From positions 768,001 to 832,000 of the forward strand of contig CP000069.1 of assembly GCA_000002445.1 (NCBI GenBank): a DNA stretch of 64,000 nucleotides. The letters run 5' to 3'. The position numbers and the translations under genes are program-made. This document shows positions 32,405 through 43,333 of the stretch, piece by piece; within the stretch, counting starts at the first letter, position 1; the number at the start of each line of letters is the position of its first letter. The notes beneath the pieces are model-generated. The model saw only the letters and a list, made by a program, of their open reading frames with translations, had not been told where the DNA came from and did not search any database. Origin of the DNA: Trypanosoma brucei (lineage: Eukaryota).

Positions 32405-32723
32405 TGTCTCTCTGCTATTTTCTTAAAGTTGTCGCTTAAATAATTTGGTATGCTCTCGCCATTCGTTAAAATGAGCGGGTACACGAACATATAGGTGTGT
32501 GTGTGTGTGCATACGAGTTCTTAATAAGGGAATAACTGCCCGTACTTGATCTAACCGATCATGGGGCGATAGGTGTCGGCACTGCCTTAATATCACTTCG
32601 CCCCCTTATGTGCATCTGTTCACGTTCCTTTTTACCAACAACATCTATCTCTGTTTTATTCCCGTATCTCGCAGCGACATTAGACACCACGGTGAGGGGA
32701 ATCCATAAGCAGAGGAAATAGTT

Positions 32724-35700
32724 ATGGGTGAAACAGTGAGAAGGTGTTGCCCACACAGCGCCTCTGCGGAACTCACAGGTCATTTGATATCGAGTAGTGG
32801 TGATATTTTCATCAGCTCGACCATTACACTGGACTTCACCAACGCAGTTTCTAGGGAGGTAGCTAATGCTTCAAAGGAACTGGCTACACCTCCTGTTGTT
32901 ATGCGACGTGTGGCAGAGGGTCACCCCATGCTACTCCTTACATTATCTCCCCTTCACAGAATCCGCCAGGCTCGTGTATTGATTTCAAAGGTGTGTGAAG
33001 GGAGTGATACACCTGGTGCAAACGCTACATGTGATAGTGACATAGTGAGCGAGTGGCATGAATTGCAACTAAACGAGCAAACACTATACGCTACAGATCG
33101 AGTCAGTGCTGAGAGCAAACACCATGTCGCGCAACCTTCTTGGACACCACTTTCTACAGAAGAATACCCCATGGGAGGTGAATTGGAACTCGATATTGGT
33201 GGTGATAGCGACGATACTGTTGAGCCTGAGTGTGACGATAAGTTTGAAAAATTGTTTATTCTTGAGTTGGTTCATAGCGCAGTGTCTGGAATGAGCGCAG
33301 AAGATTCATCTACATTTTGCGTTTTGAAGTTGTGCGTGGATATTGTCGTGGAATCTCTTGAGCGTCTGCAGAATGTTTCTTACCCGCGGTTCACAGTTAC
33401 GTCGAAACCTACTGTAGGGCAACGTATTGCAAATGCCTGTTTTGCCGAAAGAGGTGACGGTACGCAAGATGAGAGCGACGACAACTACATTTTGCTGGTT
33501 GGCCAACACCAGTACGAGTATTACATTTGCCCGAGGATAGAATACGCGAATGGGCATGATACTGGCTCGGGTTTTGCTGCGGTCGATGTGAATGTAGTGA
33601 GTATTAGTCCTTTGCAGGAAGGCGACGACAGCGGTTGGGAAGTAGTATTGCTTTCCCCCTTACCTTCGCAGCCAGCAGACCTTCTTTGTGCTTTTGTGCG
33701 GTCGGTGGGAGAAGATACCGCTCAACCTTCTGTGGAGGTTTATAATGGGGCAAAGTGGCTGGTACAACAATACCCCGCTTACACCCATATGAAGGCTGAA
33801 GAAGATGCGGGTCATCTTAGCGAGTCTTTGGCTTCTAGCATATATTTCTTTCACTGTGACCATGCAATATACCAAAACCTGATGGGACTGTTACAGATTG
33901 CTGACTTTGCGTGGACAGCGGCGGTTAATCGGGCAACCGCGTCCACTTCCAACACATGGGTAATAGCCCGCAGCGACGGTAAGAATGCGCTTCTTAGCTT
34001 ACGTAGAGGATTTCTTTGTACGCGGCATGCTGTGTTGCTCTCAGATGAGACACTGTACGGAACTGTTGGGGGAAACCCCGCTGTGTCCCCGGCCGTTGCG
34101 CTACGTGGTAAAACTGCTGTGATCAGTGCCGCCTTGGAACTCAAATGGAACGCCACTCACAAGGACAATGCTAGTTTCCCTGAATTGCTCAGGGCTAATA
34201 AAGAAACATCTTTTCTTTCTGTGGTTTCTGCGCTTCTACGTACCTGGTCGATGTGCTTGCTTTCTGATGTGCCCGGATGGACTGAATTCCTTCATCAAGA
34301 GCGACAGATAGCCCTATACAGCTTGTGTGTGATGCCCTTACCACCTAACTCGTGGTGCTTACCACAACAATATGTGCGAGAGGTGTACGTGTCGCTACTG
34401 CTGTTGTCATCAGCATTTGTGGTAACTGTCCTTCGTCAGAACCTCTGCGGCCCCTGGGAACTGCTTCGGAAGGGCGTATCGTCGTCGTTTATGCGCAGTA
34501 TTGGTGTGACTGATATTTTACCGACTACCGGAATGCATCTTGATCTCGTGCGACTTCTCATACTTCGTGACGGTTGGGAAAAATGTCGTTTGTTTGATGC
34601 AACGTCTTTATCTTCTGTTTGTTTCGTAGGTACTCTCAGTTATGAGGAAAAGCTGCGGCAGGGGAAGTCAACAAAAGATGAGGGCAGCTCCTACCACGAT
34701 ATACATCTACATATAACAGTTCCACCCACAAAAAGGGATGTACAAGTTTCACACATCCTCGACCAGCAGCTAGCAGAGGATGCAATGTGGCTCGTTGATT
34801 TGCCATTCACTGTTCTCTACTTCGTGGCGGAGTATAGGGCACAGACTTATTCAACACCTAGCGGTTTCAATGCCGAAGCGCCATCATCACGTTGTCGAGT
34901 AGCGCATATGTTGCCCTGCTACTGGCGCGTGTCGGCGCTTGATTGGGCCCGGGGACTATCTCAACACGCATCCTTCACTTTACTAAGACCTTCGGGAGAT
35001 GATGGAGTTGGTACGACAGAGGGGAGCATCTCTGCGGAGGGCTGTGGAGACAAGGAGGGTAATAGCGAAGGGCAAGATGGGGTTCCTCCTCTACTAATCC
35101 CGTTTTTAGTTCTGAATCCCAAGGTTGTACCGCAAGCGCTGTTTCTTCATGTGGACCACAGTCAGTTCTTTACAGATCTCTCTGAAAAGACTGGGTTTAT
35201 TATGCGACAGTCCGTCTTGCAGAACATAATGGAGGAGTCAGTGCGTGAGGGAGAGGAGGATGCTGGGGAAGTCGATATGGTTTTTACTCCTTTACTTAAT
35301 CAACTGCTGCTAAGTATTCTGGACGCTACGCCGTCTCATTCCCCCGTTGCTACAGCGGAGCTTCTACCAATTCAGCTGTTTGAGGAATCACTTGAAGCGG
35401 TAAGCGGGGGAGCCGAGGCGGTTTGGGGAAGGGTGTACGCTGACACTCGCGTGCGTCTTATGCGCCGCGTAGGGTATCACAGAAAAGACGGCGTGAACAG
35501 CCACTCATTAAAACGTTCGAGGGATAACGGCACTGCAGGTTACGGTGGCGGCTGCCACGAGTCTTTGCGGCTGCTGGGGAATATTCAAACTCATATCCAA
35601 ACCATAGCCAAGTATCAATCCACCCTGCTGCAGTTGCAGTTAAGGTCGCAGAGGAGGAGGCCTTTAGTTCTCAGATTGTATAGGGAGCGTACAGGCAGCT

Positions 35701-36050
35701 CTGTGGGTGTGCAACCTAAAGGAAAGGAGCAGCATGAAAGCAACATACCACGCAGCGTTAGCGATTTGGCGCAGCTCGTTTCTCGTGTTATGTGCGCAAG
35801 CACAACACGTTTAGAAGAGGGGGAATCAACAACGGCGAGACGAGCTGTGGACTCCCTTTTATTCCCCTTGTGGTTGTTGCTTCTGGATCTCCGAGAGTGT
35901 GGTGTAACGACATGTGGTGGGCAAGTCGGAACTGAAGTCGTACGGAGGATCTGTGAGGTTTCTTTTAAAGGTCTCACAACAAACGGTGTTGTTTTACCTG
36001 TTGATACTTTTCTGCTGGAGGCGTACCAGTTTCTCATGCAGGATGCCTAG
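32724..36050 (+). CDS. Hypothetical protein of 1108 aa
   Basis: A long ATG ORF co-directional with its neighbours. No recognisable domain. A kinetoplastid-specific conserved hypothetical is presumed. Confidence 0.7.
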   Translation: MGETVRRCCPHSASAELTGHLISSSGDIFISSTITLDFTNAVSREVANASKELATPPVVMRRVAEGHPMLLLTLSPLHRIRQARVLISKVCEGSDTPGANATCDSDIVSEWHELQLNEQTLYATDRVSAESKHHVAQPSWTPLSTEEYPMGGELELDIGGDSDDTVEPECDDKFEKLFILELVHSAVSGMSAEDSSTFCVLKLCVDIVVESLERLQNVSYPRFTVTSKPTVGQRIANACFAERGDGTQDESDDNYILLVGQHQYEYYICPRIEYANGHDTGSGFAAVDVNVVSISPLQEGDDSGWEVVLLSPLPSQPADLLCAFVRSVGEDTAQPSVEVYNGAKWLVQQYPAYTHMKAEEDAGHLSESLASSIYFFHCDHAIYQNLMGLLQIADFAWTAAVNRATASTSNTWVIARSDGKNALLSLRRGFLCTRHAVLLSDETLYGTVGGNPAVSPAVALRGKTAVISAALELKWNATHKDNASFPELLRANKETSFLSVVSALLRTWSMCLLSDVPGWTEFLHQERQIALYSLCVMPLPPNSWCLPQQYVREVYVSLLLLSSAFVVTVLRQNLCGPWELLRKGVSSSFMRSIGVTDILPTTGMHLDLVRLLILRDGWEKCRLFDATSLSSVCFVGTLSYEEKLRQGKSTKDEGSSYHDIHLHITVPPTKRDVQVSHILDQQLAEDAMWLVDLPFTVLYFVAEYRAQTYSTPSGFNAEAPSSRCRVAHMLPCYWRVSALDWARGLSQHASFTLLRPSGDDGVGTTEGSISAEGCGDKEGNSEGQDGVPPLLIPFLVLNPKVVPQALFLHVDHSQFFTDLSEKTGFIMRQSVLQNIMEESVREGEEDAGEVDMVFTPLLNQLLLSILDATPSHSPVATAELLPIQLFEESLEAVSGGAEAVWGRVYADTRVRLMRRVGYHRKDGVNSHSLKRSRDNGTAGYGGGCHESLRLLGNIQTHIQTIAKYQSTLLQLQLRSQRRRPLVLRLYRERTGSSVGVQPKGKEQHESNIPRSVSDLAQLVSRVMCASTTRLEEGESTTARRAVDSLLFPLWLLLLDLRECGVTTCGGQVGTEVVRRICEVSFKGLTTNGVVLPVDTFLLEAYQFLMQDA

Positions 36051-36312
36051 TTGTGGCACGATGCTGTGCGTAGCGGCGCTGTGGTTGGGCTGCAAGCCGG
36101 TTGGTGGATCCTATCACTATCCCCTAAGAGGCTGTTTTTATCCGTTATATCTTACGATACCATGCTGTACCCTGTTTGTTCCTTTTATATTTTACACGGT
36201 CTCAATTATATACATTGTTCGGCGCGTACCCAGTTTTGAGTTCTGTAATAGCATTTTAGAAAAAAAAATTCACGTGCACACAAACTATCACGTTTATTTT
36301 TATAGTTAAAGA

Positions 36313-37197
36313 ATGCCAAACGAAACCGCGGGTAAGCCTCCTAAGGTTTTCCAAACTAATGGAAAATTACCACGTGGCAGTGACCCCACATGTGATGATG
36401 TGGAGTTCACCCATGAAGGCGAGGTGGTAGTGACTTCTTCCGACGGGAAGAAGTTTCGCCGTAGTGTTTGTGTCTTCATCATGAACGAAAACGGCCATTT
36501 CCTGGGATGTCGGCGGTACGATGATCGCAGCACAATACAGTGTGTTCAAGGTGGTGCGAAGAGGGGTGAAACGGTTCAACAAACTGCGACTCGTGAAGTA
36601 ATGGAAGAGATCGGGGTGCACTGCGACCAACTTCAGTTCATTAGTGAGATCACCTACTCGAAACCTGAGTGTGGCGAACCCCAGAACTGTGACGGACCAC
36701 GTTCTGCCTTTCGCTACAAATCTAAATCATGGAGACGTATCGGAATTGTGGGTCAGGAACTGTATCCCCTTCTCTATAGTATGCAGTCGTCTGTCATAAA
36801 CCATTTGAACTTCCATTCCGTTCCGGGCACCAGACGGGAATTCATCGGGGCAGAGTGGGTTCCACTTCATGTTTTGCGCAATAAATGCTCAAAGTCGAAG
36901 CAGGTGGCGGTATCCAATATGTGTGACGCTGTCGAAGAAATTTTGTGGGGGCAATCACGATCTCCACGCCGTGATTCACACTCTGCTGATGCCGGCAGGT
37001 TGAATGAGTTGAAGAAGGACATTGGAAGCAGCTCACAGCACGAACTTGGGGACACGATGAATGACATGGTAAATAGTTGTCAGCGGAAACGACGGCGTAA
37101 GAGAAAAGGGAAGAGTGGGAATAAGAATCAATTGTTACATGAGGAGGGAGGTTCCCTTCAGATGAATTTACTTGGAAACCCCACCTCCTGCGAGTGA
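36313..37197 (+). CDS. NUDIX hydrolase
   Basis: ATG ORF of 294 aa. The Nudix box is GGAKRGETVQQTATREVMEEIGV (GX5EX7REUXEEXGU). The C-terminus has a basic NLS-like tail QRKRRRKRKGKSGNK. Confidence 0.75.
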   Translation: MPNETAGKPPKVFQTNGKLPRGSDPTCDDVEFTHEGEVVVTSSDGKKFRRSVCVFIMNENGHFLGCRRYDDRSTIQCVQGGAKRGETVQQTATREVMEEIGVHCDQLQFISEITYSKPECGEPQNCDGPRSAFRYKSKSWRRIGIVGQELYPLLYSMQSSVINHLNFHSVPGTRREFIGAEWVPLHVLRNKCSKSKQVAVSNMCDAVEEILWGQSRSPRRDSHSADAGRLNELKKDIGSSSQHELGDTMNDMVNSCQRKRRRKRKGKSGNKNQLLHEEGGSLQMNLLGNPTSCE

Positions 37198-37536
37198 GAC
37201 GGGTGGGGGTTTTCGTAAAGAAAAACGACACCTCGTATAGCTCTCACAGTGGCATTGTCACATCGCATAAAAATAATGTTTAATATCCTCTTTGCATTTG
37301 GCTCCTCGCAGTGTACATCACTAATTATTCCTTTTCCTGTTACTACTTGTTACCACGTCTTACCATTTTGTTAGTGCCCATGTGTCGTGCACACGTTGGC
37401 GCTTTTCCTTTCGTTTTTTTTAAACCTCCTCACTTACTTCCTGAATAGTGCTAGTGATTTGTATTCACCAACCCTTAAGGTGCCATTGCCATACTTGAGG
37501 CCCTGAAGAGGTGTGCGCAGGGAACTTGGCGGGTAA

Positions 37537-38031
37537 ATGTACCGCACTCTCACACCGTCATGCAAAAAATTCAGCGGGTTTTACACGACTTTCCCCCGTC
37601 GATGTAACACCACTATTTTGATTCCCTTCCGAATCTTCTCCATATTACTGTACCTCACGGCACTCATTTGCGTGGCTGGATCAAGTGATGATTTTGTATT
37701 GATTGAGTCTCGGGATAATGAGGTATCTGGCGGTGGTGATCGTGTGGACCTTCGCCGATCTGTAAATGTTTATTTAGTTGTTAGCTTCATGTTGCTTTTC
37801 GTCACCTGCTGGGGTATTTTTACGGGACGTACGCTGCGAAGTGGTACCGTGAACTTTATGCACTGCTGCTCCCACACAACAGCTGCAATAGCTTTGATAG
37901 TGATATGGTGTCTGAAGTTACATTTACATCGAATGTGGCATGTATTTTACGCCTTCGGTGCCATTCCTACCGCAATGGAAGTGTGTGCGCTGTGTGCGTC
38001 GTATTATCGTGGTTTGGATAGTTATTTGTGA
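37537..38031 (+). CDS. Hypothetical small membrane protein (weak)
   Basis: ATG ORF of 164 aa. It has three or four hydrophobic segments and sits on the same strand as its neighbours. It is cysteine-rich with no family support, so it could be spurious. Confidence 0.25.
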   Translation: MYRTLTPSCKKFSGFYTTFPRRCNTTILIPFRIFSILLYLTALICVAGSSDDFVLIESRDNEVSGGGDRVDLRRSVNVYLVVSFMLLFVTCWGIFTGRTLRSGTVNFMHCCSHTTAAIALIVIWCLKLHLHRMWHVFYAFGAIPTAMEVCALCASYYRGLDSYL

Positions 38032-38680
38032 AAATTTGGTTTTGTGCTTTATTGCTGCAGTTGTTGTTTTGGTTAGTGCCTTGTTCTTCGACATCCTTGT
38101 CTGTTTTACCCAATTATTTTTGATTGGCGTGTGAGTTTTACAATAGTTTGTTGCCAATTCAAATTGTGTTTCTCCCCCATTTTTTTGTACTCACGCATAT
38201 AAGCTAGGTAGATGATATTATAAATTTATCTTTCGTTGTGCAGTGTTAGACGCAGGTTTATATGGTGCATCTAGATATATGGAGACTAAAGATATCGTCC
38301 TGGTATCTATTTCTTTTTTTTGTGTGTGTGTGTTGCCTTGTTGAGGGGGAGTGGAAAAATATTATCGGAAAGTAAATAACGTCACTGCAGGAGACTTTCG
38401 AGTGAGGGAAGAGAGATGGGGATGAAGAGTGTCTTCACCTTTCCTCCTTCCTCCAGGAGTGTGTTATTTTGCATCCGGTTGTGTAAATTAGTGAAAAGGC
38501 TGCGTATTGGTTTCTAGTTCTTTTTTTAAATTCGCATTGTGTTCCGCTTCCCGTTACTGCGATCACTTGTGAGCGTTTGTTTTCGTTCCCCTCGAATTAA
38601 ATATCATAGGTAATTGCATATTCTCGTATAAAAGATAGGGGTTTATATTCCTTACCCTATTCAACTCTCCCTCTTATTGT

Positions 38681-38776
38681 GGCTCGCTGATGAATTAATT
38701 TTTCTGAGTGTTTTCTTAGAGTTCCGTAACGGGCATGATAAGCACACAAATTATGAACCCTTTAACTCTGAGAGCC
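38681..38776 (+). ncRNA. Candidate C/D-box snoRNA
   Basis: The 5' sequence GGCTCGC is followed by TGATGA (C box, 38688-38693), then CTGA at 38704. A TGATAA (C'-like) lies at 38736. A CTGA (D box, 38768-38771) is followed immediately by GAGCC, which pairs with the 5' GGCTC to make a 5 bp terminal stem. Length is about 96 nt, in an ORF-free intergenic region. Confidence 0.35.
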
Positions 38777-39573
38777 ACATCGATTACCCCTCCTTTTTTT
38801 TTCATATTACTGGTTGGATAATAAAACAAAATGTGACAACGAAACACAGAAATCGTGATCCCTATTGATACACGTTTTTCAGCTGCGGATTATCAAAACT
38901 GTGTGAGATGAAGTATAAAAATTATCTACTACATTTGCGTACGATGTTAACAACGAGCTGTGAGGAAATTGTTTCCACGGCGAGTTTTTTTTTCCAATTT
39001 ATTTGTGTATACTGCAAGTAACCTTCTGCTTTTTTATTCTCCTTCTCCTCTTATTATCTGTGTTTTAACACTTCTTTATCGCTATTTTGCGTCTACTTTG
39101 GTTTTTTTTCTTTTCCACACGCATGTTTGAATAAATAACACATTCACCAGACCCGAATTACAAGGAAGAAGAAAATTTGACATAACACACGTCGTCGATG
39201 AGGCAAAGATAACAACAACGACAAAAAAAAGGTAAAAACATGTGCGATAAAGTTGACAAGAGAACGCGCGTAGACCATCAAGAGCTGCGTTTAGCACTAA
39301 TTCCTGCAGTCGCTTTATTATTAAGTAACTGTGGTGCGAAGGGGAAACCCAAATGGTAAAAAGGGGAGGAAATGTTGATGAGAGGAACTTGTAAGTTTGA
39401 TTCTTTCCTGAGGTAGTGTGTATTACGAAAATTAACTTGTGAGAAAGCATTCAAATGTTGTTTTGAAGGTCGACAGCACCGATATTAAGTAAGTTGAATT
39501 GTGAGTGTTTATGTTCCACTTATTCAAATTCGGGCATTCACAAAGTGCTGATGAGATTAATAATGGGGTGCAC

Positions 39574-39635
39574 TTTCTTTTTTTCTTTTCCTTTTAATTT
39601 TCTTTCTCTCTCCTCTATTTCCTAAAAGGTTAGCT
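39574..39635 (+). promoter_or_regulatory. Polypyrimidine tract plus AG upstream of the deubiquitinase gene
   Basis: CTTTCTTTTTTTCTTTTCCTTTTAATTTTCTTTCTCTCTCCTCTATTTCCTAAAAGGTTAG lies about 70 nt upstream of the ATG at 39701. Confidence 0.45.
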
Positions 39636-39700
39636 GTAGGGAAAGAAATATTGTGCTTTTCTTTACCAGGTGAAAGTGTGTAGCCACCGCAGGCCTTGCC

Positions 39701-41743
39701 ATGTCGAAAACAATTTGCAAATGTTGTGTGGTGTGGAAACCCAGCGAGTTTTTAGAAGCCGCTGCCAGGCGTTGTATGAAACCTCAAGATGTAGCATCGG
39801 ATCAAAAAAAGCTGTTCTGTGCGATGCGCAGCGTTGCCGATGGAATTGGTTATGCAGGGAGTGCTGAAGCTGCTGCGGATTTAGGAAGCATCAAATCATG
39901 TGATAATGATCCGCAACTTTGGATGTGTCTTCGCTGTGGGTTATATTGCTGTGGAGTGCACCGAAAGTCGCATTATGACAACTCGAGAATGTCTGGTGTT
40001 GGCACAGACGATAAAATAAATGGGGGCCACCGTATCTTTTTTGCCGTGAAACCGAGATGGGGGACGGATGTGAACTCACCTGCCGTTGGTGCACCGTTGC
40101 CGACAGTTACGATAAACTTGTGTCAAGTCGAATCACCTGAGAGGCGTACCGTAACGATGAATAACTTGAAGGTTTCAAAGGTTTCATTTGAAAAGGTAGG
40201 GACGTATGGCATTATATCGTGTGTGGAATGCCATGAAGACCCGATCAAGTTGCCTGTGCGGAACAGCTTACCATGTTTAGGGGTTGACTTGATAACTCTT
40301 TGCGAAAATGTAGCGAAGGTGTTACACTGCGTCGAGAGAAACATTTCTTTGGCTCCTGATTACGACGAAGGCTCGTTCGGGGCTCCCCGTGCTCGCGGCG
40401 TACTGGATTCAGGAATTGCAACAGACACGAGGCGTCAAAACAGCAACTATGAAACGTATTCTTATGTGGAGACGAATAAGCAGGCCAACTCACGTGCAGC
40501 AACCTCTTCTAACAGTCGTTGCGTGAGAGCACGGGCGGGCACACTAGTGGAGGCTTGTATCTCCGGCTTTGAAAATCGGCGCAACACATGTTATTTCAAC
40601 TCCGTTCTCCAATGTATTCTTCAATGCAATACCTTTATTGATTTTATGATCCGTCAAAAATTCACCGGTTCACACACGTTGGTGCATCATATGTCCGAAA
40701 TGATAGGGTTTATGAAGAGCGGCCCGTGCGCAGGTGATAGACAAGGTATCGTGGATGGCCTTGCCCGTGCTTTGATGGGCAGTTTATCTGAAATTGTTCC
40801 AATGTTTGGTGACGGGGATCAACAGGACAGTCAGGAACTCTTCATTACGCTGATCAATGGTATCGCTGATGAGTTAGATAAGGGTAAAAGTGAAGAAGAA
40901 AAGAAAGGGAGTCAACGTGTCCCTTTCGAAGGTATGCTCTGTACTACAGTAACATGCAGAGGGTGTAAAAACCAAGTCAAACGGGATGAAGTGTTCATGG
41001 CGCTTTCAATACCCGTTACGAACAGCGTTGAAGATAGCCTTGAAAAACTTTTCGAAAGATCGACACTTAACGGGGATTCTCAGTACGCCTGTGAAGTGTG
41101 CTTTAACAAACTATCTCCTGCGGAGCAAACGAAGAAAAACAACGATATTCGTGCGGAGAACGAGGCACGGAAGCTCAGGAAGAAAGCAAATGCGGAAGCA
41201 AAGAGTCTCAACTGTCTCTACCAAGACGCAGACGTGGAAACATCAATCGGGAGATTTAATGGATCACTCGCGTTACACTTACTACGGTTCAAGTGCGACG
41301 ACCGTGGCGTATACAAAGTTCCTGGCGCAGTTTCTTTCCCAAAAAGACTGAACCTTAGTAAGTATATAGTGGGCAGTGCGGCAAGCGGATGTGGGGACAC
41401 GAAAATGCCGCAAACGATCGTCCAAACAAATGTGAACACACATCGTAGTGTTTCCCGACCCAGCAATTCGCTGGTACATGTTTCCGGTGGCGATGGCTGT
41501 ACGAGTAGCGTGGAGGAGAGTACTGACAACCGACGGAGTCAGTTGGACTTGGAGCTCGTCGGCATAATCTCGCATGTTGGTTCACTTCACGGTGGGCATT
41601 ATGTTGCTCATGTACGGAGCCATACCAAACCATCCATGTGGTTCTACTGCGACGATGAAGAAATTTATACTGTGGATGAATCAAGTGTGTTTGAACGCGA
41701 GCAGGGTGTATATATGCTCTTCTACGACCAGCTTTACCATTAA
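39701..41743 (+). CDS. Ubiquitin carboxyl-terminal hydrolase (USP/UBP family) with an N-terminal ZnF-UBP domain
   Basis: ATG ORF of 680 aa. It has a ZnF-UBP-like segment CLRCGLYCCGVHRKSHYDNS, the Cys box GFENRRNTCYFNSVLQCILQCNTF, and the His box GGHYVAHVRS...WFYCDDEEI...YMLFYD. Confidence 0.85.
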   Translation: MSKTICKCCVVWKPSEFLEAAARRCMKPQDVASDQKKLFCAMRSVADGIGYAGSAEAAADLGSIKSCDNDPQLWMCLRCGLYCCGVHRKSHYDNSRMSGVGTDDKINGGHRIFFAVKPRWGTDVNSPAVGAPLPTVTINLCQVESPERRTVTMNNLKVSKVSFEKVGTYGIISCVECHEDPIKLPVRNSLPCLGVDLITLCENVAKVLHCVERNISLAPDYDEGSFGAPRARGVLDSGIATDTRRQNSNYETYSYVETNKQANSRAATSSNSRCVRARAGTLVEACISGFENRRNTCYFNSVLQCILQCNTFIDFMIRQKFTGSHTLVHHMSEMIGFMKSGPCAGDRQGIVDGLARALMGSLSEIVPMFGDGDQQDSQELFITLINGIADELDKGKSEEEKKGSQRVPFEGMLCTTVTCRGCKNQVKRDEVFMALSIPVTNSVEDSLEKLFERSTLNGDSQYACEVCFNKLSPAEQTKKNNDIRAENEARKLRKKANAEAKSLNCLYQDADVETSIGRFNGSLALHLLRFKCDDRGVYKVPGAVSFPKRLNLSKYIVGSAASGCGDTKMPQTIVQTNVNTHRSVSRPSNSLVHVSGGDGCTSSVEESTDNRRSQLDLELVGIISHVGSLHGGHYVAHVRSHTKPSMWFYCDDEEIYTVDESSVFEREQGVYMLFYDQLYH

Positions 41744-43072
41744 GTTTTGGATACGGAATAAACAGCGGGGGATAAAGTGTGAAATTGGTAAGTGTCGAAA
41801 AGGACAGTAAAGGTCGTAGAGGGGGAGATAAATCGTGCAGTAGCTAATTAATTATGCACTCACAGAGAGAGAAAAGGGATAAACGGCGTCGAAAATATAT
41901 GTTGAAGTGCTTATACATGTCTGCAAAAAAAGAAGAGAAAATATATCTGTGTACGCAAGGACGGAGATGGGTGCCAGTGGATGCATATGAAAATGGGACT
42001 ACATCTGTGGATATTTAAAAGAAAATAATAGTGACCTTTGGAGACGAAACTGCCCTGACGCGTTTGTTGGTTGTCCCTTAACCACGAAAGAGAATTGTCA
42101 CATGACAAATAGCTAGCGGGAAAGAAATCGGTAAACTGCTGTTTGGGCAGTGTTGGGAGAAATCAAATTCAAAGGGACAACATAAATTGTACAAATGTGT
42201 TGTTACTCGTTTCATGTTCTGCATATCCTCGTTGCATAGGATAACCATACAAAACTTTTAAAAAGGAAAAGGGGATGGCTAGGAGGGACAAAGAACTGGA
42301 AGGGGAGAGCAGAAGTAGTATGCCGGGAGAGGGGAACAAACAAAAAAAACAAAAAGAAAATTCAAATAAGTGAATTTACCCGTTCGCACAAGAAGAGAGA
42401 TAACCGCGAGTCACATCGTGTGTGGAGATTGATGTGGCAATCTCAGATAATGGAAGAAAGTATACTTATAGGAGAGAATAGGGAAATGATCAGTTAATAA
42501 AGGGGTTCGAATGAGGGAAAGGGGAGGTTTTGAGAGAAAACACGAAACTTCAACACTCCCTTCGCGTAACACCTGCGGTAAACATTAGGGAATTGTCTTT
42601 CGAAGTATACTTATGAGAAACAAGGAAAGACATGGGAAAAGGACCCCTTTCCACAGGCGTTCTTATTTTATTTTATTTTTGTGTGTCGTTGTTCTTGTCA
42701 TTGCCGTTTTTTTCAGCTTCCTGCACCGGAGTGATGTTGATCGCTTCATCTGCATATTCTCATGTCAGTTTGTTCCCACACTTTCCCTCTCCGTGCATCT
42801 TTTCCTGTTACCACGCTGTGCGTTTCACTTCAACCCTTACTTTTTAAATTTTATTTTGGTGGAGCTCATTACCTTGTACTTACAATTACTACTACACATC
42901 ATCTTCTTAGTCCACTTTCCTTTCCTACTTCAGCACTAGCGACTGTTGTGAAGACTTAAAAGGGAAGAAAACACGAGAAGGGATATAAAGAGGAAAGAAG
43001 GAATCCACAAAAGGTTGTGGAAAGAAGTAAATAACAAGCGGGACTGGACGTAAAATAAATAAATAAGATAAA

Positions 43073-43333
43073 ATGAGCGTCACAACAAAGCAGATGGTTA
43101 AGCCGACTGTTGTCGTGCACCGTTACTTAAAAGAGAGTCAACGTGTGTGTGTGTGGCTTGTGCACGAAACTAAGATGAAGATCGAGGGCGTTTTGTTGGG
43201 TTACGATGAGTTTATGAATGTCGTGTTGGGCGACGCGACGGAGGTGCATCTCAAAACCGGAGAGGTTGTTCAATTAGGGAAGATCCTTCTTCGCAGTGAT
43301 AATGTGGGTGTCATTCACCCTATTGGCATATAG
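43073..43333 (+). CDS. Small nuclear ribonucleoprotein SmE
   Basis: The 86 aa ORF is collinear with human Sm[28 protein letters not shown]...[14 protein letters not shown] aligns with [23 protein letters not shown]...LGRIMLKGDNITLL. Sm1 and Sm2 motifs are present. Confidence 0.85.
   Translation: MSVTTKQMVKPTVVVHRYLKESQRVCVWLVHETKMKIEGVLLGYDEFMNVVLGDATEVHLKTGEVVQLGKILLRSDNVGVIHPIGI

Noticed and set aside
42485-42510. tRNA T-loop-like GGGGTTCGAATGAGG
   Set aside because: It lacks the following TCC, and no acceptor or anticodon stem can be drawn from the flanks. It is not a tRNA.
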